Part shown: piece by piece, positions 25,650-38,854 of the stretch
How the letters are laid out: each line of letters opens with the position of its first letter
Numbering within the stretch: the stretch's first letter is position 1
From: Lama guanicoe
Lineage: Eukaryota
Assembly (NCBI GenBank): GCA_013239625.1
Contig: MU053933.1
Span: 2,505,026-2,565,025, forward strand
DNA length: 60,000 nucleotides
Direction: 5' to 3'
The notes under the pieces: generated by a model
Database searches by the model: none
What the model was told of the DNA's origin: nothing
The model's input: the letters and a program-made list of their open reading frames with translations, nothing else
Position numbers and translations under genes: made by a program

Positions 25650-28600
25650 TTTTGAACAAAAGAATGAAATATAATGCATTCTGCCCCCAGTTGTGGCAGA
25701 GGGGAGAGAAATAACAGCTGGAAGAAAAACCCCAATTTTGATGGAAAACATGAATTGGGAGATTTAAGAAGCTCAGCAAACCCCGAGCAGAAAAAGTACG
25801 ATGAGAACCACAGCTGAGGCTGCCACAGCCAAAGCGCCGGGACCTGCGACAGCAGCTACGGGACGCAGCTGCTGATAACAGCGATTCAAACAGCTGCCTG
25901 AGAAATGAAGCCTCCACCAGGCAGAACATCAGTGAGGTCATAGGGGAACCAGCAGCGCCGTCAATCAACGGGGCACAGCCGACGGCTACAAACTACTTCG
26001 TCCAGCAACAGCAGGACACACATTCTCCTCAAGTACCCATGAAACAGTCACCAAGACAGACCACATTCTGGGCCATAAATACACCTTAACACACTTTAAA
26101 AAAATAGAAATCATACCCTGTATGCTCTCAGACCACGGTGGACTTAAATCAGAAATCTCTGACAGAAAGGTAGTTGGAAAAATCCCCAAACACGTGGAAA
26201 CTAAGGAGCACACTTCTCAGTAATTCACGATCAAGAAGGAACTCTCAAGAGAAATTTTAAAATATCTTGGTTAATAGAAATGAAAACAGCTTATGAGAAT
26301 TTGTGTGATGCAGTGAAAGCATTTCTTAGAGGGAAATTTATAGCATTGAATCAATATATTAGAAAACAAACAAAAATCTAGAATCAATCACCTAAGCTTC
26401 CACCTTAGGAAACTAGGGAAAAGAAGAACTAATTAAATCCAAAGTAAGAAGAAAAGAAATCATAACTAGATTAGAACAGAAGTCAATGAAATTGAAAACA
26501 GGAAATCTATAGATGAAATCAACAAAACCAAAGGCTGGTTCTTTGAAAAGATCAGTACAGCAATAAGCCTCTACCGAGGCTGACGAAGAAAAAAGAGAGG
26601 ACGCAGATCACTAACATCAGAAATGAGAGAGAGGACACCGTTACAGATCCCAAAGACATCAAAGTGATGAGAAAAATGTTATGAACAACCTACGCTCACA
26701 AATTTGATATCCTAGGCGAGAACGACCAACTCCTTCAAAGACACAACCTGCCAAAACTCACACAAGGAGAAGCAGACAAGCTGAACAGGCCTACGTCTTC
26801 TGAGGAGATCGAGTCGAGAATTAACGCCGTCCAGAACAGAGAGCACCGAGCCCAGACGGGTTCACTGGCGAAGTCTGCCAAACATCTAAGGAAGACATTG
26901 CATCAATTCTCCGCAATCTCTTCTGGAAGACAGAAGCAGAGGTAACACTTCTTCACTCACCCTGTGAGGCCAGCATTGCCCTAACACCAAAACCAGACAA
27001 AGATACTCTTGTGAACATAGGTGTGAAAATCCTAAACAAAACATTAGCAAATCCGATCCAACAATGTATAAAAAGAATCAGACACCACAACCACGTGAGG
27101 TTTGTCCTGGTGTCCAAGGCTGACACGACATCCAAAGTCAGCTAATACAATCCACCACACCAACCGGCTGGAGAAGAAAAATCACACGGTCGTGTCCATA
27201 GGTGCAGATGTCAAGTTGTATCTGACGAAATCCAACACCTATTCGTGATACACACTCTCAGTGAACTCTCAGTAGGGAACTTCCTCAGCTGGATAAAGAA
27301 CACCCACAAAAAATCCGACAGCTAGCATCCTACTTAATAGTGGGAAACACGAGGCTTTCCCACTAAGATCAAGCGAAGGGCAAGAATGTCCTCTCTTACC
27401 TCCTTTCAACATCACATCAGAAGTCTTACCCAACACAGTAAGATGAGGAAAGGAAATAAAAGGGACTGGGAAAGAAGAAATAAAACTGTCTGTTCCCCAA
27501 TAATGTGAGTATCTAGGTAGAAATTTCAAAAGAATCGACCAAAAAAGGCCCACAAAAACTGGAGCTAGTAAGTGATTACAGGAAGGCCGCCGTTTACGAG
27601 ATCCGCATACAAATATTCACTGTCTTCTATGCACCAGCAACGAGGAAGGGAGATTTGACATTAAAAGAACAATATCATTTACATTAGTACCCCTGAAATG
27701 AAATATTTATTTATAAATCTAACACAATGTATACAAGATCTATATGAGGAAAACGATAAAGCACTGATGAAAGAAATCAAAGAATTAAGGAAACACAGAG
27801 GTATTTCATGTGCATAGACAGAAAGATCCAAGATTGTCAAGACATCAGTTCTTCCCAACCTGCTGTATAGATTCAGTGCAGCTCCAGTGAAAACCCCAGA
27901 AGGCTGTTTTGAGGCTATCAACACTCTGGTTCTGAAGTTTGCGTAGAGCGACAAAGACCCAGAGCAGCCAATACAACATGGAAGCAGAAGGACAAAGTCG
28001 GAAGACTGAGACTCCAACTTCAAGACTTACTGTAAAGCTGCAGTGGAGGACAAATAGTTCAACAAGCCAGAGCAGAGAGCCCAGAAATAGAGCCACGTAA
28101 ATATGGTCAACTCGTCTTTAATCAAAAGTACAGTGGGGCAAAGAGCCTTTTCAACAAATGGTGCCAGAATAATTGGACATCGTATAAGAAGTAAATCTAG
28201 ACACAGATCTTCCAGCCACCACAACAGTTAACTCACAGCGGCTCACAGCCCTAAACGTAAAATGGAAACTGTACAATTCTTAGCAGAGAACAGGGGAGAC
28301 GACCTGGTGGGCCTCGGGTTTGGCGATGGCTTTTTAGCTACAACACCAAAGGCATGATCCTCAAAAAGAAGAACTGGTGGCCTTCAGCAAGATTTAAATT
28401 TTCTGCTCCACAAAAGACACTGTCAGAATAAAAAGTCAATCCACAGATTGGGAGAAAATACTCGCAAAGCTCATATCTGATAAAGGACTGTTGTCCACAA
28501 TATACAGAGAACCCTTAAAAGTCAAAGTAAGAAAACAAACAACCTGATTTTTAAAAAAGGCTCAAAACCTTAACAGACGTCTCATCAAAGAAGATACACA

Positions 28601-29552
28601 CACGGCAAAGAAGCACATGAAGAGATGCTCCACTTCAGACGTTATCAGGGAGACAAAAGTAAAACAATGAGAAACGATGACACACCCATTAGAACAGCCA
28701 AAACCCAGACACCAATGTCACCAAATGCTGGTGAGGATGTGGAGCAGCAGGGACGCTCATTCACTGCCAGTGGGAATGCAGGACGGTGCAGCTGCTTTGG
28801 AAGACAGTTTGGTGGTTTCTCACAAAACTAAACATGCCCTGACCCTACGATCCAGCAGTCATGCTCCTTGGTATTTGCACAAAGAAGTTAAAAACTTACG
28901 TCCATACAAAACCCTGCACAATGATCTTCAAAGCATCTTTATTCATAGTTGCCCAGACTTGGAAACAACCAAGACATCCTTCAGGAGGTGAACGGATAAA
29001 TAAACTGGTCCATCCAGACAATGGAATATTACTCAGCACCAAAAAGGAATGAACTATCAAACCATGAAAAGACACGGGGGAAACTCAACTGCATATTCCT
29101 ACATAAAAGAAGTCAATCTGAGAAGGAAGAAGAATACTGGATAAGTCCAACCATATGACATTCTAGAGAAGGTAAAACTACGAAGACAGTAAAAAGGTCA
29201 GTGGTTGCCAGTGGTTAGAAGGGAGAGAGAGATGAATAGGCAGAACATAGAGGACTTTCAGGGCAGAGGAGTTACTCTGTATGGGCCTACAGTGATGGAT
29301 ACATGTCATTACACATCTGTCAGAACCGACAGACTGTGCAACACCAAGAGTGGACCCTAATGCAAACTATGGACCTTGGGTGATGATGTACCAGTGCAGG
29401 GTCATTGATAACAAACACACCACCTGGTGGGAGGCATGATAATGGCGGAGGGTGTGCACGTGTGGGGGCGGGAGCAATAGGAACCATCTGTATTTTTTGC
29501 TCAATTTTGCTAAGAAACTGAAATTGCTCTAAAAATAAGTCAATTAAAAATT
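25650..29552 (+). mobile_element. 5'-truncated LINE-1 (L1MC1-like), ~3.9 kb, disrupted ORF2 (EN/RT) plus 3' UTR
   Basis: Continuous L1 ORF2 motifs (cacattctgggccataaa, ggctggttctttgaaaagatc, aaaatcctaaacaaaacattagcaaa); L1MC1-type 3' end gtggaccctaatgcaaactatggac...gctctaaaaataag; many stops and frameshifts. Confidence 0.9.
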
Positions 29553-29699
29553 TATGGCTAAGATTTGTGCATTTCATTGTACATAAATCTACATAAAACA
29601 TTAAAATAGTGATAGCAATTGGCTAAAGGGTGGGGAATAAGTGGAAGTACAGACTTTCAAGGATGGAAAAATGCTAACTGCATATCGAAGTGTCTGATA

Positions 29700-30300
29700 C
29701 ATAGAGTGCATCACACAGTTCTGTGCAATATGTTTGAAATCTTCCACAACACAAAATGTTCTTACAAAAGCGATTGAAGAGAAAATGCTTGACATGGAAG
29801 ACAGTCAAAGAGAGTCAACATGTGCAGAACTGGAGCCCCCAGGAAGAAAACTACACCAGTGGAACAGAGCAAGTATTACGGCACAGAACACAAGAATACT
29901 CCTTACAATAAGACCTAAATTACAGATTAAAGAAGTCACCCTGGATCTCAAGAAAACCGAACACCCCACAGCCTTGCCAACCCTAGGACACCTGGAAGTT
30001 TACCAGGCCTCAGACAATTAAAACACTAATCTTTTCTCAGCAGCCCAGTAAGAGCAAAGAGTTAGTTACAGAGAGGAAGGTCAGCCTGTCCTCAGACTCT
30101 TCACCACAGCAGTTGACACTGCAGGATAACAGGGCAATCCCGGTGAGATCCCCGGGGAAGCTGTGTGCACACAGCTTTATACCCAACTGAACTGTTGTAA
30201 GTGCAAGGCAACGAACACAGACTTCCCAGCGTGCAGAAGCTTGGGCTAGAGTGCGAACCGCAGCCAACCGAGAGATGAATTGGAACACACCACCAAACGT
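29700..30300 (+). mobile_element. HAL1/L1 ORF1-like remnant
   Basis: Peptide KAIEEKMLDMEDSQRES...PKLQIKEV resembles L1/HAL1 ORF1p (DMEDRQRRSN...LQI). Confidence 0.55.
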
Positions 30301-30670
30301 GGCTGGGATGAATGTCTAAGAATGTAAGGTGATAGGTGTGTGACCACAGAGAAATCGTAGCACCAACCATGGTTTGGAGTGAAAAGGTTTCCCAAGCAGC
30401 TGGGAAACAGGAAAAGTCTGCTGAGTTCCTCACCCTCACAGCCAAGGGCTGAACGCCATGACTTAAAATCGGTAGAGCAGGTGACAGGTGCAGGTGTACG
30501 TGACAGCGGAGGGTGTGCACTAGGCAGGGTGGTGAGTGATGGCGGGGAGGAGGGGTGCCCCGTGTCGCTGGGCTCAGCGCCATGGTAGTGCTCAGGCGTG
30601 CGGCTTAAAGAGGACACGAGACTAGCACCCAAGGCAGAGGCAAATTTCTCACATTTTTAAAATAAAACAG

Positions 30671-30820
30671 ATACATCCCAAGTTGTTCTCAAACTACTGG
30701 GTGTTGACACCAAATGTGCTGAGATCAGAACTACTGCCAACGCGTATATCCCCCCTTTCCTGCTGGCATTTCTTACTGGTGTCCAGGAGCTACGGTGGCA
30801 AGACCGGAGAGCCTGAAGCT
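30671..30820 (+). pseudogene. Candidate decayed exon starting (R)YIPSCSQ
   Basis: Acceptor cag|ATACATCCCAAGTTGTTCTCAA; 150 nt; weak donor |gtaaca; two TGA stops in the phase-2 frame; 5' end paralogous to the exon at 50932. Confidence 0.45.
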
Positions 30821-30966
30821 GTAACACAAAAGCCACTTCCACTATGTGATTGTATAATTATTAATCAGAGGAGCTCGATAAAATAGAATTTTGGAGTAGT
30901 TTTCTATCTTGTCACCAAAGATTACGTTTCTTGGGCCAACATGAGGCTCGGTGGTTAACTTTTCAG

Positions 30967-31145
30967 ATTCCTCTGCAGAAGGCGTTTCAACATTTCAAGA
31001 ACCCTAAGACGGAGGAATTGGCTGGCTGCTACGCTAAAAGCATGAGATGGCTCTCTCGGTCTGGGGGTGGACCCTAAGCATCCCGTGGAGAAGAGAAAGA
31101 AAGCCCCTGAGCTAGGTTTCCATCACTGGGTGATGCATTCCTTCG
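30967..31145 (+). pseudogene. Candidate decayed exon (...LGLGVDPKHPVEKRKKAPELGFHHWVMHSF)
   Basis: Acceptor ttaacttttcag|, strong donor TCG|gtaaga, one TGA in the phase-2 frame. Confidence 0.45.
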
Positions 31146-31301
31146 GTAAGAAATAACTTGCAAGGGGAACTCCACATCTGATAGTTGCAGCTTTAAATTG
31201 TATTTTGGGTTCACCATGTTAAGCTATGCTGAGTGGAGATTGTTATCAATCAACAAGGTCATTATTAGGCTTACAAGTTAAATGTATCTTCTTCTGATCA
31301 G

Positions 31302-31516
31302 GTTTTCCTGCCCAAGGCCCTTCCCCTCGAGAGCAGCTTCGGTAGGAAGGCTGGCTTCTCTTTCTCACTTTGGAATCCCTTCATTTCTGGATGCTGGCGG
31401 CTCTGCGGCAGATTCCGCCCACCTTGCCCCATCCAGCCCATTTCCAGAAAATGTCACAGCCATCCGGGCAGGATTCGGACATGCCGCGCAGGGAACGCCA
31501 GACACCAGCCCATCTG
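31302..31516 (+). pseudogene. Candidate decayed exon (GFPAQGPSPREQLR*EGWLLFLTLESLHFWML...)
   Basis: Acceptor tcttcttctgatcag|, donor CTG|gtgaac; phase 1 continues from 31145; one TAG. Confidence 0.4.
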
Positions 31517-33329
31517 GTGAACATTTGGACTCGTTGGTTGAGGAAACTTTCACATAGTCCTGGTACCAACTGAAAATACAGTGTTCGGTTACAAAAGAAT
31601 TTAGAAAAATAAGTGTGGTCAGAGCAAAGTTGTACAGGGAACCAAAAAAAAAAAAAAACCAAAGAAACTCACTGGAAGAAAAACAGGAAAATTTGTTTTA
31701 AAAAAACCCTGAGAGCCATTCAAAGAAATACCATGTTTGCCACAAAAGTTCTCTTTAAAAACCAAATCTTCAGTTCAACGTTTTTATGGTATTTACATTA
31801 ATTTTGGTTGAAAAGAACCACATAAAATGCTGTCCGTAAGCTGAGCCTAAATCATTATGTTTCTCCGTATGCTCAGAAAATAACCAGACCATCTATATTT
31901 GCTGGGCTATCTGTACTATTTATGTTTAAAGAAAAAAATTGTTCATAAACGCCAGATTTGAGTCCAGAAGTTCGCTCGTTTCCTGCTTGCAGTGGCAGAG
32001 TTAAAGCGACCCACTCTGTCTGAACGAATTTACACCTATGTCAAAGGCCACCGCGTTCAAATTTGTCTTCATCACTCTTATTCTAGAAAGCACTGCAACT
32101 TCTCAAGTGTCAAAGTAGTCAGCTACTAATGATCACTGCACGCGATGTGGCCCACTGCTCCGCAGACCATCTGGTCCTCCTCCCGGCCCGCGGTCTGAGG
32201 ACGTCTGCCAGCCTCCTGTGGCCAGGGGGCTGCGACCAAGTTCCAGCCACCAGCCCCGAGCGGAAGTGACACCCCCTTGCAGGGGGCTCACACCTGCCCC
32301 CCCTTCCTCTCAGCAGGTGGGAATGGGAGCCAGCCCCGTGGCCTGGAAAGACAGGGTCTCCAGTCGCCTGGGGCCTGCTGGGTGAGCGGAGGCAGGACCT
32401 TCTCCTGCTCAGACCTCCACCCCACCCTGCCTGCCCCGTTAACTAGGGTCTCGTCCCACTGGTTACTGGAGCAGTAAACACACCTCTCCTGTTTGTGCCA
32501 CTGAACATTCTGGGGGCCGCCTGTTTCAGCAGCCAGCCTGCCCCAGCACACCCAGTGAGCAGCGAGGTGTCCTTCCTTGCCTTCTCCGGAGACATCACTC
32601 AGCATCTCTGCTTTCCATCCACCTCCTGATATTTGCTTCTGTTTCGTAACTGGAGCTGCTTTAGAGGCATTCTTCCTGGACGTCGAGTTTTTGTTCCGAA
32701 AACCCTGTCATTACGGTCACTTCCCAGCAGCCACGGATCAACCCTGCCTCGCGGGGGCTCAGTCACACTTGCCATGTTCTGCCTCTGTCCTGGGATCTGG
32801 ACAGTGGGTGTCTGCCAGAGCTCCCGGTCTGACCTGCTGCTGCAGTTCCAGAACATTCTGTCCCCGGGGGCGTCTGAGCACATAGCAGGCGCTCACTGGG
32901 GCCAATGACCAGCCCAGGCTGCGGTCGGATGTGCTCGGAGGAGAGCCTTTAACCCACCGCAGGCTCTTCCAGGGCAGGGAGCTTGCCAGGCCTGTCTTTC
33001 CAGAAGGCTCTGCTTTGAGCCGGTGACGGGCCAGGAGTGGGGCTGCAGAAGGCTGGCTGCTCCAAACCAGTTTCCAGAGAACCAAGGCCGCGGAAAGAAC
33101 ACGGGGACACTTTCTGTCACTTTCGCTCAGTGAGCTACACACAGTCGTTGCATAAAAACACACAAGCAGTAAACAACGAGAAGGAAAAGGCGCGGCCGCC
33201 TCGCACAGAAGAGCAGCTGACTGAGCTGGGCCTGCATGACACGCAGGAGCACGCGGCAGTCACGTGCGGCGGCTCCTGCTCGGGCTTTCGGGAGCAATGA
33301 CATCACCAGCGGTTGTCAAGGCCGACAGT

Positions 33330-33900
33330 GCAGACCTTCCGGTCGCTGAGATGCTGGCAAGCTGCCATGGCTCTGAGCAAGAAAGCCGCGCAGACGGGTC
33401 CGCCATCGTCGAGCACTTGTTCGCTGCGATTTCGGCCATCGTGAGAACAGCGTGGAAACACCGCTGGGCCTGCCCTGGGGGCCGTCTCCTGTCACGGCCT
33501 CGGGGTGAATTCTAAGAGCTGCGCACATCGAAGGGCTCGGGCGGGTGTTTGGCGCAGAAGCAAGTAATGCAGCTCCAAGCCCCGGTCCCCTCGGCAGCAG
33601 GCGTGGCGCCCTTGTTACCTGCCAGTCGGGTCATCGACACGTAGAAAACTGCTCTTCTTTCAACTCACAGCTCCATCCACGCGTCGCCCTGTTTTCACGT
33701 TAACTGACCCCTTGCTGTTCCTCGAGTTAATCGCCTTTGCACCGCCACCAGTTTTTTCTGTCCGTTTAAGTTGATAATAGCAGGCCCCTAAACCCACTGT
33801 GTGCCGTTACTTGCTGCAAACACGTCTCCCGGTTTGCCGTAAGCCTTTGAACCTTGTTGCCTGGGTTTCTGCTGCTGCTTTGTTTCGGCCACCAGCCTGT
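33330..33900 (-). mobile_element. Highly decayed L1ME-like fragment
   Basis: Faint similarity to antisense L1 3' ORF2/UTR (gagcacttgttcgctgcgatttcggccatcgtgagaacagc; ttgctgcaaacacgtctcccggtttgcc). Confidence 0.35.
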
Positions 33901-34474
33901 CTCCCATCACGATCTGTGCCTTTGCCCTCGCTGGTGCCGTAGGCGCCTGAGTTACTCTGCGCGTGTGGATCCGTGTTTGCCTTCTACGCCCAGCTCTTCA
34001 CATCTTGGGCACTTTTCTGGTGTGAGGGGAACTCCCTGCTCACAGGTAACGGGTGGGCGACCCCTGGAAGCTGGTGGACTTCAGGGAGGCCCCACCCCTC
34101 CAGCCCCCACTTCGGGGGCGTGCGGCTGGTGCTGCAGGGATGGGACCGGAGCCTGCTCACCCGGCTGCAAGACCCCAGGAAAGTCCCCCTCCACCTGTAG
34201 GTGGGGATTGTGGTAGAAACGCTGCTGTGGAATTTAACCTCAGCCTTATGTAGATATATGCCTATTTCATCACATCCAGTCACAAATTAATTCCATTCCT
34301 CCGGGTGGGACCCAGCCCAGGCTGTGGGTCGCGTAGGAGGGGCAGCTCTGGGCTGCAGGTGCCTGCGGGCCCCAGGGACCTCAGCGTAGGGCAGTGATTG
34401 GCAGGGGCAGCGCTCCAGGGAGGGGAACCTAGAAGGGACACTGGAGCCCTCCAGAGACTGTCTATTAAATACAG

Positions 34475-34635
34475 AAACGTCCTTCAGACGCCAACTTGGC
34501 TCGGCAGCCTGGATAGTAACAGACGACAGCCTCGCGCATCCAACACGCAACCAAACAGGCGGGCGTTCAGGGACTTTCATGCAGCCACAGCTCATTGACC
34601 GAGGTGGACCCGGCGGTGCTAGGAGTTATTGGGTC
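34475..34635 (+). pseudogene. Candidate decayed exon (ETSFRRQLGSAAWIVTDDSLAHP...RSYWV)
   Basis: Acceptor tacag|, donor GTC|gtaagg; one frame fully open over 161 nt. Confidence 0.3.
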
Positions 34636-35065
34636 GTAAGGCTTCGCTCCATTTATCATCTTAAAATAATGAGCTCTACTCTCACGCAGAGCTGGCAGGA
34701 GCAAGTTCACGTACCGCCAGATTAAGAATAGACATGTCCTTCCATCCTGCAAACTCGCTTTGGGCAGAGACAGAAGAAGTGGAGTGAGGTCAGCTGTCTG
34801 CAGAAGAAGGAGCGGAAACCATGCAGGAACAGTGACCAGGATCGGGGTGGGGGGACAGTACCACCGTGTGCCCACTACAGGGGCCACCGGGTCCCAGTAC
34901 AGCTCGCCTGCTGGCCGCCCTCCTGCCCCTCGGTCTGCCCGACCTCGACAGAGCTCCCCTTCCTCACTTCTGCAGCCTCTTCCCTGGGGATCCACCTGGG
35001 CTGTGGTGATTAACCGACTCTAGATTCACTGCCCACTCGTCTCCCTGGAGCTCCCGGCCTGCGCA

Positions 35066-35490
35066 CTTGTATTTGCCAGGGCTTTCCAGGGAAACAGAAG
35101 CAGCAGGATGTGTGTAGAGAGGAAGGAAGCTATTACAGGACTGGCTCACGTGAACACAGAGGCTGACGAGCCCCAAGACCTGTAGGGTGAGTGGAGGGTG
35201 AGGATTCAGACGAGCTGATGGCTTAGTTCAGTTAAGGGCAGAAAAGGGCCGATATCCTGGTTCAAAGGCCATCAGGCAGAGAACTCTTTCTAACTTGGGG
35301 GAGGTCAGTCTTGTGGTTTTATTCAGGCCTTCACCTGATTGGACGAGGCCCACCCACATTGAGGAGGCCAGTTTTTTACTCAGTCCCCAGAATTAAATGT
35401 TAATCTCATCCAGAAAGACCAGAATGTTGGACTGAATACCTGGGCCCCTGGGCAGTCCAGTCAAGTTGACACACAGAATTCACCACTGCA
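35066..35490 (-). mobile_element. ERVL LTR, MLT2-type solo LTR
   Basis: Diagnostic MLT2 antisense motifs ttccagggaaacagaa, gattggacgaggcccacccacatt and cagtcaagttgacaca. Confidence 0.85.
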
Positions 35491-35499
35491 GCCCTTGAC

Positions 35500-35900
35500 T
35501 GCCTGTAAGCCTCCTCCATCTGGATGTAACAGGCACCTCAGAGTGAACAAATCCAAAATAAACTCCTGCACCTCCTCCCCAGGCCCACTGCAGGAAGCAG
35601 CAAGCCCACTGCCTCTCACTCAGCAGGAGCCTGGGGCCCACTCTCCACGCCTCTTTCTTTTTTTTCCCCCTACTATTTTTGTGTGTGTGTGTGATGGAGG
35701 TACTGGAGGTTGAAGCCAGGACCTCGTGCATGCTAAGCCTGTGCTGTACCACTGAGCTATACCTTAGCCCTCCATGCCTCTTTCTTGCTCGCCCAGCATC
35801 CAAGCCGTCCACACATATGTTGCTTCTTCCCTGGAAATATACCCAGAATCTGGTTCCTTCTTGGCATCTTCCCCGTCCCACCCCCTCGCCTCATCTCAGC
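35500..35900 (+). mobile_element. LINE-2 fragment interrupted by a SINE
   Basis: ctccatctggatgtaacaggcacctcagagtgaacaaatccaaaataaactcctg resembles the L2 3' region. Confidence 0.65.
35660..35769 (-). mobile_element. tRNA-Ala-derived camelid SINE (Vic-1 type)
   Basis: Reverse complement ggtatagctcagtggtacagcacaggcttagcatgcacgaggtcctgg...; 17-bp TSD ctcca(c/t)gcctctttctt at 35643-35659 and 35770-35786. Confidence 0.9.
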
Positions 35901-38070
35901 TGCCTCGGGGCACAGATGGTGGGCCCAGTGTTGGAAGCCCGGCTCCCACCACGGCGCCCAGCGGGCTGCAGCCACCCCAGCCAGAGGCCCCGCCTCCCAG
36001 GCCCCTGCCCAGGATGGCCCCACGGGAAGTGGGCAGCAGCAGGATGCCCCTCCAGGCCTGGCTGAGGAGCCCCCCCCATCTGCCAGTGGAGGCGCCCGGG
36101 AGGCCTGGAACTGCAGACCCCCAGCCTGGGACCCGGACTGACTGCGTGGAGTGGTGGCCGTCCCTCCCCGAGTGGGCCTGCGCAGCACACAGAGCCAGCC
36201 GACTGGGCACACGTACCGCAGAGTAAGTCGGTCCTCTCCCAAACCCCCACCACCCCCAGCATCACAGTTTTGACCTTGACGCTGACCGCCCTCAGGGTCC
36301 ACCGCCGTCACCTGACTCAGCCTGGCCCACTGGGGTTCCTGGCTCCCCTTCTCTGCTCGGGGTACCCAGGCCCCCACCTGCCTGCCCCTCCGTGGCTCAG
36401 ATGCTGCCTCCTCCCTGAAGCCTCCATCTGGCCGCTCGTCAACCCAGAAACCTTCCTCAGCTGCGGCCCTTGCTTCCTGCCTCAGGCGTCTGCCCAGCGC
36501 CCCTCACCAGCGACACCCTGCGCGTCGCACGCTAGACAGCTTCTCTGTGTCTGGCTCTCCTTCAGGAAAGGACAGAACCTGCTGCTCCCCGCCACCTGCT
36601 CTGCGAGCTCAAGGATGTTCTACTGGGCGACAAACGCAGGGAGGAGCCAGCCGTGTGCGTAAACTGTGACTACCTCGCACAGGAGGAGGACAGAAGTCCG
36701 AACTGCAGTTTTGCGCATAACGTGAACTCTCGGGGAGGATGAAAAAGCAAAGCGATGCTGGAGGGTCCTGGGGGAGGAGGGGCGGGGGGTGCGAGGGACT
36801 TTTGTCCCTTGGTATTTTCCGATATTTGAACCACTTATTCAGAAAATCAAATTCATCTTTTTAATTAAAAAAAATTAGGTGACCCCCCATTCCAGATGTT
36901 TGGAGGAGGATTTCTCAGAAACGTCTCCACACCCCTGATTCCCTGAGGAGTTTCAGCACAGAAAACTGACCAGGACCGCCCCAGAGGCTGACGGGGGTGG
37001 GGGGCAGGGAGCCAGGGGTGGGTGGGTGGAGGGCACAGCTCCTGGGCGGGGTGGTAATGCATCCTCGCAGGTCACTGGGGAGTGTGGGGCGGTGGGGGGT
37101 ACGGCCTGGATGGAAGCCGTTAGTGACTAAACCGAATGGCAGCCTCTGAACCTGCAGAGCACGGAGCTTCCTCACAGAGGCCAGAGGCAGGGGGTGGAGC
37201 CAGATGCGCGCTGGTCCCGGAGGTGCTGGGCTCCGTGCTGAGCACCCGAGGCCACGCCCTGCTTAAGTCAGAGGACACCCCACCGGTACTCACGTGGACA
37301 CAGGGGAGCCAGGACACCCCTAGACTCAGCTCTTGGAAACTTCCGGTTTGAGAAGATTGAGTCATAATAAGGAATGAGGAGATAGGACAATTCAAACGAG
37401 AGAACTCACTTTCAGCCAAGAAGGAGTGACAGGGACCGAAGTTACCCTCTTGCTTGGAACAACAAAAACTCCAAGAGAGACAAAATATGTGAAGCAACGG
37501 TTGTCAAGGCTGGGCTCAGACCAGGGAGGACAGCGGTCCCCGAGAGCCGGAGATGATGTGGCAGCCCCGTGATGCCCTGGCTGCAGGTGGGGAGGGGTGC
37601 TGTGGAGACCTGGGCACGGGCTGACCTGAGCTGTCTCTGTAAAGCTCCGTGATGAAAACATAGGGTCTCCTCGGAACCAGAGCTGCTCCGGGCTCTGCTG
37701 CTTGCCTCCTGGAAACACTTGCTGCTGCGGATCCTGCAGGGAGGGAGGGGTGGGCTCTGGGCAGCACCGTAGAATTGGGTCCTGGAGTGTCCAGGCTCAG
37801 GGCGGTCCTCAGGGAAGTTCCCGGCCAAGGGGAGTGGCTGGAAGCCACCTCCTAACTCCTGCCCACTGCCCCTGCCTGTCCGCTGGACAGGGTCCTCCCG
37901 GGAGCAAAGACTGCCACGAGCGGGTGAGCCCGGCTTGTGTGGCGGAACACCTCGGTAGGTGCCTGAACCGTCAGACACGTGATACAGGGGAAGCCAGAAA
38001 AAGGCCCAAGGGCGTCAGGAAGTCAGCACTCGACAAAGGAGGCCCCTCAAAGCCCTGGGGCAAAAGTGGC

Positions 38071-38780
38071 TTTTATTTACTTATTTACTGAAGTAGAGTC
38101 AGCTACAGCCAGTCAGTTTCTGGTGTGCAGTGGACTGTTTCAGTCCCGCATACGTGCACCTACATTCGTTTTCAGTCTTTTTCTTTATAGGTTACTACAG
38201 GATATTGAATATAGTTCCCTGTGCGCTACAGTATGAACTTGTTTATCTTTTATATACATTAGTATCTGCAAATCTCAAACTCCCAATTTATCCCTTCCCA
38301 CCCCCTTTCCCCTCAGTAACCATAAGTTTGTTTTCTTTGTCTGTGAGTCCGTTTCTGTTTTGTCAGTAAATTCATTTGTGTCTTTTCCTTTTTAGATTCC
38401 ACGTATCAGCGATCTCATATGGTATTTTCCTTTCTCTTTCTGTCTTACTTCACTTAGAATGATGATCTCCAGGTCCATCCATGTTGCTGCAGTTGGCATT
38501 ATTTCATTCATTTTTATGGCTGAATAGTATTCCATTGTATAAATATACCACATCTTCTTCATCCAGTCATCTGTTGATAGACATTTAGGTTGCTTCCATG
38601 TCTTGGCTGCTGTAAACAGTGCTGCTATGAGCACTGGGGTGCAGGTGTCTTTTTGAATTAGATATATGCCCAGGAGTGGGATTGCTGGCTCATAGGGTGA
38701 ATCTATTTTTAGTTTTTTGAGAAATCTCCATACTATTTGCCATAATGACTGCACCAAACGACATTCCCACTGACAGTGCA
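38071..38780 (-). mobile_element. Lineage-specific LINE-1 3' end
   Basis: ORF2 C-terminal peptide (VWRFLKKLKIDSPYEPAIPLLGIY...MWYIYTMEYYSAIK) and a camelid-type 3' UTR. Confidence 0.9.
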
Positions 38781-38854
38781 GAAGGGCAGAAGTGCACTTT
38801 CGATAACCAGTGGGGCCCATGGGACAATGACTCGCAGAGTGCTGTGTACAGTCT

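Noticed and set aside
25650..29552. Active reverse transcriptase or retroelement system
   Set aside because: L1 ORF2 is 5'-truncated and full of stops and frameshifts.
31275..31569. Minus-strand exon (acceptor tattttcag at 31570-31571, donor gtaagc at ~31274)
   Set aside because: No convincing partner exons on that strand; the + strand reading fits a chain of neighbouring exons better. It is not excluded as a lncRNA exon.
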